NCBI GenBank assembly: GCA_049314435.1
Contig: JBMOFD010000055.1
Coordinates: 1-13,372, forward strand
DNA: 13,372 bases
Reading direction: 5' to 3'
Source: Chlamydiia bacterium
GTDB lineage: Bacteria; Chlamydiota; Chlamydiia; Chlamydiales; JBMOFD01
Below the pieces are notes generated by a model. That model was not told the origin of the DNA. It saw only the letters and a program-made list of their open reading frames with translations, and made no database searches. The position numbers and the translations under genes are program-made. Below, piece by piece: positions 1 through 8,671 of this stretch. Each line of letters begins with the position of its first letter. Within the stretch, counting starts at the first letter, position 1.

Positions 1-67
1 TTGGACTTCTTGCTCAACGTAGTATTTTCTCCGTTTGTCAAACTCTAATACTCTGTCTGGTCAACGT

Positions 68-99
68 AGGCTTGAGATATCCTCAAGCCTCTCTCTTTT
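68..99 (+). terminator. Hairpin, probable intrinsic terminator between an upstream + gene and the convergent Rsm22-like gene
   Basis: Perfect 9-bp stem AGGCTTGAG (68-76), loop ATATC, CTCAAGCCT (82-90), followed by CTCTCTTTT on +. It lies 8 nt past the stop of the minus-strand gene ending at 99. Confidence 0.6.
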
Positions 100-1076
100 C
101 AGAGAGGGGTCGTTGACTCCTCCTCGGGATCGGCTGCTCCGGCAGCGGGTGGCCAAGCATCGCCCCAGTGGGCTCGACGTGCCGCTCGGTAGAGGTCGCC
201 CTGACGACGACTCAGTACGGCTCGCTCGATCTCACCCTTGGTGCAGAGCTCCACCCACACATGACCACCTCTCTTTTGAGGGTGGTGCATCACCCGGCCT
301 TCGGAATGAGGGCTAGGCGAGCGAGAGACGGCCAGGAAGCTGAACATCTCATCTTCCCATCCCCGTTCACTCTCTTTACCCAGCTTCTGGAAGCGAGGTC
401 GGTTGAACCGTACGCCAAAATGACACCAGTTGCTGGTGCCGGCCAGAGGACATCGCGTCCAACCGGGACAGGGAGCGATCACATGAGCCCCAGCTTCCAT
501 CAGGTGGGTCCTGGCCTGTAGGATCCGCTCGAACCCAGCTGGAGTGCCGGGCTCTACGATCACCAGGACTTGTTCTGTGGCATCCCAAAGATGACCCAGA
601 ACCGTCGTGACCTGAGCTGCTGGAAGCTCATTCAACATATAACCGGCAGTGACCAGCTCAGCCTTGGGGAGGGGAGTCAAAGCACACTCGTGCAGTTTCC
701 AGGTCAGATCAGGAGCTATAGTCGTGGCCCACTTGCGCCAGGCTGGATTGCGGTCGAGAGCAATGCTACGAAGTGACCCATCGAGGATGTCACGTGCAGC
801 CCAGACGGCCGTGCCCGGTCCACTGCCCACATCCAAGTGGGTGCGCAGCGGTTGCTGGTAGGAGGCGAGACTGAGCTCGAGGACGCGGCGCATGGCTGCA
901 TAGGTGCCAGGCGCTCGCCCAATGATGTAGGCAAGAGCTTGTAGCTCGTTAGGGATGATGGGCTGTCCCTGACGGTACGCCTCACTCATCTCGGCCCAAG
1001 CCAGCTGCAGATCCTTAAACGGACGACCGTGTAGGAGATCTTCGATCTTGTGGATCAGTGATTCTGGAAGTTGCAT
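99..1076 (-). CDS. Rsm22/METTL17-family SAM-dependent methyltransferase-like protein (small ribosomal subunit Rsm22 family)
   Basis: Motifs ALAYIIGRAPGTYAA, HLDVGSGPGT (SAM motif I), YMLNEL, LVIVEPGTPAGF, VIAPCP...CP...WCHF, EDEMFSF, GHVWVELCT and ARRAHWGD. Start placed at the ATG of MQLP (1076) rather than the track's 1127. Confidence 0.9.
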   Translation of the reverse strand: MQLPESLIHKIEDLLHGRPFKDLQLAWAEMSEAYRQGQPIIPNELQALAYIIGRAPGTYAAMRRVLELSLASYQQPLRTHLDVGSGPGTAVWAARDILDGSLRSIALDRNPAWRKWATTIAPDLTWKLHECALTPLPKAELVTAGYMLNELPAAQVTTVLGHLWDATEQVLVIVEPGTPAGFERILQARTHLMEAGAHVIAPCPGWTRCPLAGTSNWCHFGVRFNRPRFQKLGKESERGWEDEMFSFLAVSRSPSPHSEGRVMHHPQKRGGHVWVELCTKGEIERAVLSRRQGDLYRAARRAHWGDAWPPAAGAADPEEESTTPL

Positions 1077-1373
1077 GGCAAAGAGGATAATCGATCCAGT
1101 TTGAAATGCCAATCGAGACGACCGCAACTCCGTTAGAGCGCAACGATATTCTCTCGTCCGCTGCGCAGTAGAAATTTCCCGCGAGGGAATCGCGGTTAGG
1201 AATTGAGGATAAAGTCCGGTGCAGCAACGTGCAATTGCAGCCGTTGTTTACGCAGGATAGCTGCCTGACATGACTATGTGGTATCCTGAGGCATCGCCAG
1301 TTGTCGCAGCTTGTGGCGGGTCAGCGGCACTTAGGTGGCATAAGGTAGATTCGGACGAACGGGAGAAATTTCC

Positions 1374-1673
1374 ATGGGAGCCCCCTCTAGAGACGAGGTC
1401 TGGAAGCTGCTGCGCTTCCACGCCCCTTTTCTGCAGAAACAGTACGGCCTTGGTCGCATAGGGATCTTCGGTAGCTGGGCGCGCCGAGAGGAGACTGCCC
1501 TTAGCGACATCGACATCCTGGTAGAGTGGGACAAGCCGACATTCGACCATTACTTTGCCATGAAGTTTTTTCTTGAAGACACGCTCGGATGGAAGGTAGA
1601 CCTAGTCATCGCTCAATCTCTGAAACCAGCCTTTAAGGATCATATCTTGGCCGAGGTAGTGTATGCCGCGTGA
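1374..1673 (+). CDS. Minimal nucleotidyltransferase (MNT) antitoxin, MntA-like
   Basis: 99 aa with G-S-x10-D-x-D (GIFGSWARREETALSDIDILVE) and C-terminal KVDLV. Overlaps the downstream HEPN gene by 11 bp. Confidence 0.9.
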   Translation: MGAPSRDEVWKLLRFHAPFLQKQYGLGRIGIFGSWARREETALSDIDILVEWDKPTFDHYFAMKFFLEDTLGWKVDLVIAQSLKPAFKDHILAEVVYAA

Positions 1674-2010
1674 TTGGTTCCAGTTTTTAGAGGACATGAT
1701 CAAGGCGGCCAACAAGGCTGTGATCTATTGCGCTGGACGGTCGGCACCGGACCTCCTCCAGGATGATATGCGACTTGAGGCGGTCACTCTGCAAATCCAG
1801 ATCATTGGGGAGGCCGCCAAGCGCGTGCCCGAGAGCATTCGTGAGCTCGCTCCCGACATCCCATGGAGAGAAATCTGCGGCTTACGGGACATCATTGTTC
1901 ACGAGTATTTTGATGCAGATAACCAGATCATCATTGACGTCGCCTTGAACAAGCTCCCGATTCTTTTAGAGCGACTTCAACGGCTTCACAGGGACTTTGA
2001 ATCCATGTAG
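1663..2010 (+). CDS. HEPN (DUF86/HepT-like) ribonuclease toxin
   Basis: 115 aa with IIGEAAKRVP, PDIPWREI and an R-x4-H-x-Y motif (RDIIVHEY, 1885-1908). Confidence 0.9.
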   Translation: MPRDWFQFLEDMIKAANKAVIYCAGRSAPDLLQDDMRLEAVTLQIQIIGEAAKRVPESIRELAPDIPWREICGLRDIIVHEYFDADNQIIIDVALNKLPILLERLQRLHRDFESM

Positions 2011-2172
2011 CAGCGTGGTCTACAGAAGTTGGACTGGCTGTGGTAGTACTCGCAGACGGCCTGCTCCTTTCCGACAAAGATTCATGCCGGACATTTTCGC
2101 CTAGCTCGACATCGCCATTCTTGCCTTGTTGAAAATCGCAGTTGCTCCTACGGTGATTGAGATGGTGTGCTC

Positions 2173-3564
2173 ATGGAATGGTTTCAAGATCCAGTCTTTT
2201 TAAGTCGCGTGCAGTACGGCATGACGAGTGCCTTCCACTATATCTACCCGCCACTCAGCATCGGCTTGGGACTGGCGATCTGCTTCATGGAAGCGATCTA
2301 CCTCAAGACAAAGAAGCTGGTCTGGCAGCAGATCACTCGTTGGTGGATCAAGGTCTTTGCGCTTACTTTCGCTTTAGGCGTTGCGACTGGCATCGTGCAG
2401 TTGTTTGGCTTTGGGACCAACTGGGCGCAGTACTCGCGCTTTGTAGGAGATGTCTTTGGATCGGCGCTAGGTGCCGAGGGGATCTTTGCCTTCTTCCTCG
2501 AATCGGGATTCTTGGGGCTTCTTCTGTTTGGGTGGAATCGCCTGAAGCCGGGGATGCACTTCTTCAGTGCCATCATGGTCTGTTTGGGTGCTCACTTCAG
2601 TGCTGTGTGGATTGTGGTCGCCAATGCTTGGATGCAGACGCCGACCGGCTACATTGTCGAAGGAACGGGGGATGCTGCACGAGCGCGTGTCACCGACTTT
2701 TGGGCGATGGTCCTCAACCCATCCTCCATCGAGCGCTTGGTGCACGTGATTCTAGGCTGCTGGATCTCTGGCGCGCTGCTGGTCACTAGCATTGCCGCCT
2801 ACTACCTCCTGAAGCAGAAGCATCGAGAGTTTGCACTAGGTTCGATGAAGATCGGCCTTGTCCTGGGAAGCGTCGCGCTTCTTCTTCAGCTGGTTTCTGG
2901 TCACTCTGCAGCAGAAGTGGTCGCAAAGCATCAGCCCACAAAGCTCGCCGCCATGGAGGGGATCTATCGCACGGGTTCCCATCAGCCGATCAGCTTGTTT
3001 GGCTGGGTAGATGAGAAGAATCAGACTGTTCTCGGCCCACAGATCCCAGGGTTGCTCTCTTACCTAGCGACTGGTTCTTTTGATGGAGTGGTTCAGGGAT
3101 TGAATGACTTCCCTCCACAGGATCGCCCTCCCGTCCAAGTCGTTTATCAGTCCTATCACCTGATGGTGCAGTTATGGGGTGTGATGACGCTCCTCGCTCT
3201 CGCCGGTCTCTGGCTCTGGTACCGGGGCTGTTTATGCAAGCCAACAGGATGGCGTCGCTGGTGGCTCCGTTTGATGGTGGCAGCGGTGGTCTTCCCCCAA
3301 CTGGCCAACTTCACGGGATGGATGACAGCCGAAGTAGGGCGTCAGCCATGGGTCGTCTATGGCGTCTTGCGTACAACCGATGGCGTGACCAAAGGGTTGA
3401 GCGGACCGCAGGTGCTCTCCTCTCTGATCACCCTCGCCCTCATCTATTGCCTGCTCTTTGTCTGCTTCATCTATCTCATCCATATGAAGGTGCTCCATGG
3501 CCCCGAGGATGAACATCCCGACCAGGGTGCTGTGTACCGTGATCCCTTTGCGTCAGGAGTCTGA
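2173..3564 (+). CDS. cydA: Cytochrome bd quinol oxidase subunit I (short Q-loop type)
   Basis: [14 protein letters not shown] (heme b595 His), [32 protein letters not shown] and TAEVGRQPW. Start is ATG 2173 or GTG 2167. Confidence 0.97.
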   Translation: MEWFQDPVFLSRVQYGMTSAFHYIYPPLSIGLGLAICFMEAIYLKTKKLVWQQITRWWIKVFALTFALGVATGIVQLFGFGTNWAQYSRFVGDVFGSALGAEGIFAFFLESGFLGLLLFGWNRLKPGMHFFSAIMVCLGAHFSAVWIVVANAWMQTPTGYIVEGTGDAARARVTDFWAMVLNPSSIERLVHVILGCWISGALLVTSIAAYYLLKQKHREFALGSMKIGLVLGSVALLLQLVSGHSAAEVVAKHQPTKLAAMEGIYRTGSHQPISLFGWVDEKNQTVLGPQIPGLLSYLATGSFDGVVQGLNDFPPQDRPPVQVVYQSYHLMVQLWGVMTLLALAGLWLWYRGCLCKPTGWRRWWLRLMVAAVVFPQLANFTGWMTAEVGRQPWVVYGVLRTTDGVTKGLSGPQVLSSLITLALIYCLLFVCFIYLIHMKVLHGPEDEHPDQGAVYRDPFASGV

Positions 3565-3567
3565 TCT

Positions 3568-4593
3568 GTGATCGAGTTACTTCCCTACTGTTTCTATGCT
3601 GTGCTCGGCATCAGCGCTCTTCTCTACGTGATGCTCGACGGGTTTGATTTGGGTGTGGGGATCCTGCATCTGCTCGCTAGAACCGATCAAGACAGACGAA
3701 TCGTTCTCAACAGCATCGGGCCCGTTTGGGATGGTAATGAGGTGTGGCTGGTGATCATCATTGGGGGGCTCTTCGCCGGCTTTCCTGAGGTCTACGCCAC
3801 GGTGTTCAGCGCCTTCTACAACATCTTCACGTTGTTGATGGCTGCTCTGATCTTTCGAGCTGTGGCGATTGAGATGCGTAGCAAGAGACCCATGATCTGG
3901 TGGCGCCGCTGGTGGGATGGTGTCTTCTTTGTGGGGAGCGTGTCGATTGCGTTCATCATCGGACTGGTCGTCGGCAACCTCATCCAGGGGATCCCGCTCA
4001 ATGCCGCCCACGATTACATGGGGACCCTCGGGGACTTCTTCAATGCCTATAGCATCCTGATCGGATGCTTAGTCGTGGCGCTCTTTGCCGTGCATGGCTG
4101 CATCTACCTCATCTTGAAGACGGAGGGGGACCTCCAGCAGCAGATGCGTCACTGGGTGGTGCCGACGGTCCTGCTCTTTTTAGGTCTCTTTATCCTGTCG
4201 ACTGCCGTGACGCTGGTATACCAGCCTCATATGGTGGCACGTTTCATAGAGGAACCCGTCCTCTTCGTGGTGATCGCATTGGGGCTCTGTTCCCTTGCCG
4301 GGCTATACCAGTTCATTAAAGCCAGGCAAGAGCTGCAGGCCTTCTGCTGCTCGGCGGCGGCCATGGCCTTCTTCGTCATGCTCTTTGGGATTGGGACCTT
4401 CCCTCATCTCGTACGATCTTCGATCGAGCCGGTGAGCCATTCGTTGGAGATCGTGAACTCCGCATCCAGCACGCTAACGCTCACGGTTCTGATGATCATT
4501 GTGTTGATCGGAGTGCCGCTCGTTCTTGCGTACATGGCTTGGATCCATAGGATCTTTGCTGGGAAGGTTCACTTGGATGAGAGCAGTTACTGA
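3568..4593 (+). CDS. cydB: Cytochrome bd quinol oxidase subunit II
   Basis: YVMLDGFDLGVG, IGPVWDGNEVWL and FRAVAIEMR; multiple transmembrane segments; starts 3 nt after the cydA stop. Confidence 0.97.
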   Translation: MIELLPYCFYAVLGISALLYVMLDGFDLGVGILHLLARTDQDRRIVLNSIGPVWDGNEVWLVIIIGGLFAGFPEVYATVFSAFYNIFTLLMAALIFRAVAIEMRSKRPMIWWRRWWDGVFFVGSVSIAFIIGLVVGNLIQGIPLNAAHDYMGTLGDFFNAYSILIGCLVVALFAVHGCIYLILKTEGDLQQQMRHWVVPTVLLFLGLFILSTAVTLVYQPHMVARFIEEPVLFVVIALGLCSLAGLYQFIKARQELQAFCCSAAAMAFFVMLFGIGTFPHLVRSSIEPVSHSLEIVNSASSTLTLTVLMIIVLIGVPLVLAYMAWIHRIFAGKVHLDESSY

Positions 4594-4704
4594 TTTCTAG
4601 AGAGAATTGTACGAAGCGCCTCTCTTTACCATGGATACAATGGTTCGCTTCTCCTTGACTGAGGAGATCCGGAGTGTGTACTCTTGCCGACCCTGGTGGT
4701 GGCT

Positions 4705-5301
4705 GTGCTTGGTTTGTTCTTAGATCTGGAAACCAATGGGCTGGATCCTTGGCGGCATGTCCCGATCGATCTGGCTATCCGATTTGTCGACCTTCGTTCG
4801 GGGCGTCAGATGGGGCTCTATGAGACCAAGATCGCCTGCTCACGTGAAGAGTGGGAACGAGCCGATCCCGAAAGCACGAAGGTCAACGGTCTGCGATGGG
4901 AAGATGTAGAGCACGCACCTCCTCGAGAGAGGGTGGGGCAGGAGCTTCTGCAGCTCTTCAAGCAGCTGGATGTGCGGCGCGGGTCGGCGGTCTTCGTAGG
5001 ACAGAACCCGAGCTTTGATCGGGCTTTCTTTAGCCAGCTCGTCCCCGTCGAGCAGCAGGAAGCTCTCCAGCTTCCCTACCACTGGTTGGATCTGGCGAGC
5101 ATGTACTGGGCCTACGTGGTGCTGGATTGGCGTCGGGGTGGAGAGCAGTCCTTTTTGGGCTTCTCCAAAGACCAGATCGCCCAGACCATGGGTCTCCCTC
5201 CAGAGAAGAAACCACATGGCGCCCTGCAAGGGGTGGACCATCTCCTGGCCTGCTATACCAGCATCATTGGTTGGCCAGATCAGCAATTGCAATTGAAGTA
5301 G
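4705..5301 (+). CDS. DEDD (DnaQ/RNase T/oligoribonuclease-like) 3'-5' exonuclease
   Basis: FLDLETNGL (ExoI), GQNPSFD (ExoII) and KPHGALQGVD (ExoIII-like). Probable GTG start at 4705; the track gives TTG 4684. Confidence 0.85.
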   Translation: MLGLFLDLETNGLDPWRHVPIDLAIRFVDLRSGRQMGLYETKIACSREEWERADPESTKVNGLRWEDVEHAPPRERVGQELLQLFKQLDVRRGSAVFVGQNPSFDRAFFSQLVPVEQQEALQLPYHWLDLASMYWAYVVLDWRRGGEQSFLGFSKDQIAQTMGLPPEKKPHGALQGVDHLLACYTSIIGWPDQQLQLK

Positions 5302-5306
5302 AGGCT

Positions 5307-5831
5307 ATGTCGATCTCGGAGTCTAAGCAGCGTGAGCTGGCCGTTCTATTTGCGTATATGCACCACTTTGGCGAGATCGATCCGCGAGAGCAGATGGGCT
5401 TTCTCATGGAGACGGTGCGCGTTACGCGAAAGAATGTGTTCGATGCATTTGCCCACTGGCAAGCATTAGCTAAACAGCAAGAAGAGACGGAGCAGCTCCT
5501 CTCTACCGTCAGCCAAGAGTATCGATTGGAACGTCTGGGTCTGGTGGAGCGATCGATTCTCGAAGTGGCTGGTGCTGAGCTCCTCCAACAGCCACAGCAG
5601 CTGAAGGTCGTGATCTCCGATGCCATTCGGCTTGCACGAAAGTATGCCAGTCCTGAGGCTGGTGCTTTGGTCAATGCTCTCCTAGATGGTTTAGTGCGCC
5701 ATGGCGAAGGCGTCCAAGTGGACGTAGCGGCCATCCAGGAGTCGGCACAGGCTTTAGAGCAAGTGGAGGCAGAGGCCCATGCCGCAGCAGCAGATCGCCA
5801 TCCAGGAGCGGGTTCCGCTTCGGAACTTTAA
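5307..5831 (+). CDS. nusB: Transcription antitermination factor NusB
   Basis: RLERLGLVERSIL and VVISDAIRLARKYASPEAGALVNALLD. ATG 5307 is preceded by GAGG just after the exonuclease stop. The track's extension to 5127 overlaps the exonuclease and is not accepted. Confidence 0.9.
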   Translation: MSISESKQRELAVLFAYMHHFGEIDPREQMGFLMETVRVTRKNVFDAFAHWQALAKQQEETEQLLSTVSQEYRLERLGLVERSILEVAGAELLQQPQQLKVVISDAIRLARKYASPEAGALVNALLDGLVRHGEGVQVDVAAIQESAQALEQVEAEAHAAAADRHPGAGSASEL

Positions 5832-6666
5832 TACCTGGCGAGTCGGTGGTCCCGCTCGCTGGTTAGTAGAGGTCTCCGATGCCCTGGATCTGAGAGCTGC
5901 CCTGCAGTTCGCCATGAAGCAGCGCTGTCCCATCCTCCCTCTCGGCCGCGGTAGTAACGTGCTCTTTGATGACGCCGGTTACGATGGCCTGGTTCTTGTT
6001 CTCCGTAATGATCAGATCGCAGTCGATGGTGCCCTCTGGGAAGTGGGGGCCGGAGTGGGGCTGCCAGCCCTCAGCAGCCAGACAGTCAAAGCTGGATTCG
6101 GTGGATTGGAGTTTGGTGCCGGGATCCCTGGTTCACTGGGAGGCGCGATCTTCATGAATGCGGGTGCGTCTGGCCAAGAGATGAGGGGTGTTCTCTCCGC
6201 TGTGCAGATGATGCTCTTCGATGGAGAGCTCGTCTGGTACGACTGCGCCGATCTGCCCTTTGCCTATCGACGGAGTCCATTCCAGGAGATCCCAGGGGTG
6301 ATTGTCTCCGCTAAGCTCTCGCTTAAGCCCGATCCCAACGCGCGGGTGCAGCAGCGAGAGCAGCTGCTCCGGCGCGTTGCCTCCCAGCCCTATGACCAAC
6401 CCTCTGCCGGCTGTGTGTTCAAGAATCCCGGATCTGGTAGCGCGGGATCCCTGATCGATCAAGCTGGGTTGAAGGGACTTCGCGTAGGAGATGCCATGGT
6501 GAGTCCCAAGCATGCGAACTTCCTGGTCAACTGCGGACACGCTACAGCGGCCGATCTTCTACGGTTGATCTCCACTGTGCAGCAGCAGGTAGCTGCTCAA
6601 TGTCATGAGCAGCTTCAGCTGGAAGTGCGAGTGATCCGTTCTACGGACGGCTGGTGTCCATGGTAG
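5779..6666 (+). CDS. murB: UDP-N-acetylenolpyruvoylglucosamine reductase
   Basis: TWRVGGPA, LGRGSNVL, GIPGSLGGAIFMNAGA, FAYRRS, PSAGCVFKNP, HANFLVN and LQLEV. Confidence 0.97.
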   Translation: MPQQQIAIQERVPLRNFNTWRVGGPARWLVEVSDALDLRAALQFAMKQRCPILPLGRGSNVLFDDAGYDGLVLVLRNDQIAVDGALWEVGAGVGLPALSSQTVKAGFGGLEFGAGIPGSLGGAIFMNAGASGQEMRGVLSAVQMMLFDGELVWYDCADLPFAYRRSPFQEIPGVIVSAKLSLKPDPNARVQQREQLLRRVASQPYDQPSAGCVFKNPGSGSAGSLIDQAGLKGLRVGDAMVSPKHANFLVNCGHATAADLLRLISTVQQQVAAQCHEQLQLEVRVIRSTDGWCPW

Positions 6667-7460
6667 ATCCACTTAGGGCTGATTGCCATACCCACTCCAG
6701 CGCGTCGGATGGGAGTTATTCACCGGAAGAGCTCTGCCAAGAGGCTCTAGCCGTTGGGTTGGCAGGGCTTAGTATCACCGATCATGATACGGTCGCCGCC
6801 TATGACCAGTTGCGTGTTCCAGACGGGTTGACACTCTTACCAGGGGTGGAGGTCACTACAGATCTGGAGGGGAGTTCTGTGCACCTCCTGGCCTACGGGT
6901 TCAGTCTCGACGATAAGGAGATCCGTGAGATGTGTCGGCAACGGCTAGAATCCAGGCGCGAGCGCTTCATGGAAATGAGGCAGCGTCTTCAGGAGCAGGG
7001 CCTTCGACTCGACCCCAACCGCACGTGGACACAGACGGCTCTAGGTCGCCCCCAGCTGGCTCAAGAACTGATCGAAATGGGCGTGTGTCGCTCCTACCAG
7101 GAAGCCTTCACCAAATACCTCCACGATCACGCTCCTGCCTATGTGCCTGGACGTTCGTTTGCTACCCTGGAAGCGATCCAGCAGCTTCAAGCCGCAAACG
7201 CCTACGTGATCTTGGCGCATCCTATGTTGGTGGATCGGAAGAAGCTACCTAAGCTCATGGCCATGCCGCTGGATGGACTAGAGGTTTGGTATGGGCATAG
7301 TCGCGGGTCCTGGGTCTCCTGGATGAACCTCGCGATGGAGCGCCACTGGCTGATGACGGGTGGGTCGGACTTCCACGGAGCAGCCAAACCCGATCAGCCC
7401 TTGGGTGCGAGTTGGACTCCATGGGAGACCTTCCAACGGCTCTGTGAGGGCCGTAGGTGA
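6660..7460 (+). CDS. PHP-domain metallohydrolase (YciV/TrpH/RNase AM-like)
   Basis: DCHTHSSASDG, ITDHDT, PGVEVT, VHLLAY, LAHP and GGSDFHG. ATG 6660 overlaps the murB end; GTG 6654 is an alternative start. Confidence 0.9.
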   Translation: MVDPLRADCHTHSSASDGSYSPEELCQEALAVGLAGLSITDHDTVAAYDQLRVPDGLTLLPGVEVTTDLEGSSVHLLAYGFSLDDKEIREMCRQRLESRRERFMEMRQRLQEQGLRLDPNRTWTQTALGRPQLAQELIEMGVCRSYQEAFTKYLHDHAPAYVPGRSFATLEAIQQLQAANAYVILAHPMLVDRKKLPKLMAMPLDGLEVWYGHSRGSWVSWMNLAMERHWLMTGGSDFHGAAKPDQPLGASWTPWETFQRLCEGRR

Positions 7461-8671
7461 TGGCGGCTTCCACTGCCTGGCTTAGGTCAGTTGCCTTAAC
7501 GCAACCCTCGAGATTGGAGCTCTCCTGCATGGCGGAGATGCTCAAGCGACTCGGACATCCAGAGCGCATGGCGTGTATCCACGTAGCCGGTACTAATGGC
7601 AAGGGATCCGTCTGCTGGAAGCTGGCCCATGCTCTGCAGGCGGCTGGCTATCGGGTAGGACTTCACTCCTCCCCACATCTCTGCTCCATCAGAGAGAGGA
7701 TTCGCCTCTCAGGTGAGATGATCTCCGTACCGCTCTGGGATGCGTGCGCCAGAGAGGTGGAGCGCTGTTGTGCTGATCTCCAGCCCTCCCTCTTCGAGGT
7801 GCTCACGGCGATGAGTTGGCTGGCCTTTCGTATGGTACAGACCGACATCGCCGTAGTAGAAGTAGGACTCGGTGGCCGACTGGATGCCACGAACCTCTGT
7901 ACCCCTCTCGTTACGGTGATCACAGCCATAGGCCTTGATCATCAGGCCGTATTAGGTGCAGATCTCGAGACGATCGCTGCGGAGAAGGCGGGGATCATCA
8001 AACCCGGTGTTCCTCTAGTCGTAGGTCCAGAAGCCCGGCAGCGCTCGATCCTGGAAGCGGCGCAACGCCACCGCGTGCCTCTCTTGGAGTTGCTCACCTG
8101 GAACGATGACTATGATGTGCAAAATGGCATGATCGCCGAGATGGCCCTGCAGGCTCTACCGCTGGAGGTGCCCTCTGAGGCGGTGAAGAGCGGTCTAGCA
8201 ATGCGTCCTCCATGTCGCTGTGAGCGCATTCAGGTGCGGCATTCCGATGGGCGGGAGCGAATCGTCATCCTGGATGTCGCCCACAATCCCCATGGAGCCC
8301 AAGCTCTCCAACGCAAGCTCAAAGAACAGTTTAGTGAGCCCTTCGAGGTGGTCTTCGGAGGTTCTTCAGACAAGGACCTTGATGGTGTTTTGGGTGCTCT
8401 AAAACCTCTAGGAGATCGCTTGTGGGCCGTGCAGGCTGAGCAGGATCGAGCCGAGCCCGCTCAGAGGCTCGCTGAGCGAGCCTCTGAGCGGGGCTGGGAG
8501 GCCACCGCATTTGCTTCAGTGACCGAGGGGGTGCGACGCGCTTTGCAAACAGGCCGGCCGGTTCTCATCGTCGGCTCCTTCTTCATCATGAGTGAGGCGC
8601 GTCAGGCCCTGGGTTGCCATGGGGAACATGACGAGCAGGCTCTCTATGAGTCGCCTTGTAAGCCAAGATGA
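7457..8671 (+). CDS. folC: Folylpolyglutamate synthase / dihydrofolate synthase
   Basis: IHVAGTNGKGS (P-loop), SPHL, VEVGLGGRLDATN, IGLDH, EKAGIIK, LDVAHNP and VGSFF. GTGA overlap with the PHP gene stop. Confidence 0.95.
   Translation: MMAASTAWLRSVALTQPSRLELSCMAEMLKRLGHPERMACIHVAGTNGKGSVCWKLAHALQAAGYRVGLHSSPHLCSIRERIRLSGEMISVPLWDACAREVERCCADLQPSLFEVLTAMSWLAFRMVQTDIAVVEVGLGGRLDATNLCTPLVTVITAIGLDHQAVLGADLETIAAEKAGIIKPGVPLVVGPEARQRSILEAAQRHRVPLLELLTWNDDYDVQNGMIAEMALQALPLEVPSEAVKSGLAMRPPCRCERIQVRHSDGRERIVILDVAHNPHGAQALQRKLKEQFSEPFEVVFGGSSDKDLDGVLGALKPLGDRLWAVQAEQDRAEPAQRLAERASERGWEATAFASVTEGVRRALQTGRPVLIVGSFFIMSEARQALGCHGEHDEQALYESPCKPR

Noticed and set aside
1..69. Possible 3' end of an upstream + gene (frame 1, stop TAA 46-48) and a 9-bp repeat TCAACGTAG at 14 and 61
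   Set aside because: Too little sequence to support a gene call, and the repeat is short enough to be chance.
1205..1219. GAGGATAAAGTCCGG resembles the RNase P RNA 5' conserved motif GAGGAAAGTCC
   Set aside because: It has an insertion in the motif, I found no matching 3' ACAGAAnnCGGCTTA element, and the space before the MNT gene is too short for rnpB.
4650..4667. Hairpin TCTCCT-TGACTG-AGGAGA downstream of cydB
   Set aside because: Only a 6-bp stem with no U-tract; insufficient to call a terminator.
4631..4723. 30-aa ORF after cydB (MDTMVRFSLTEEIRSVYSCRPWWWLCLVCS) as a possible CydX/CydS small subunit
   Set aside because: No similarity to CydX, the hydrophobic stretch is too short for a transmembrane helix, and it overlaps the exonuclease start.
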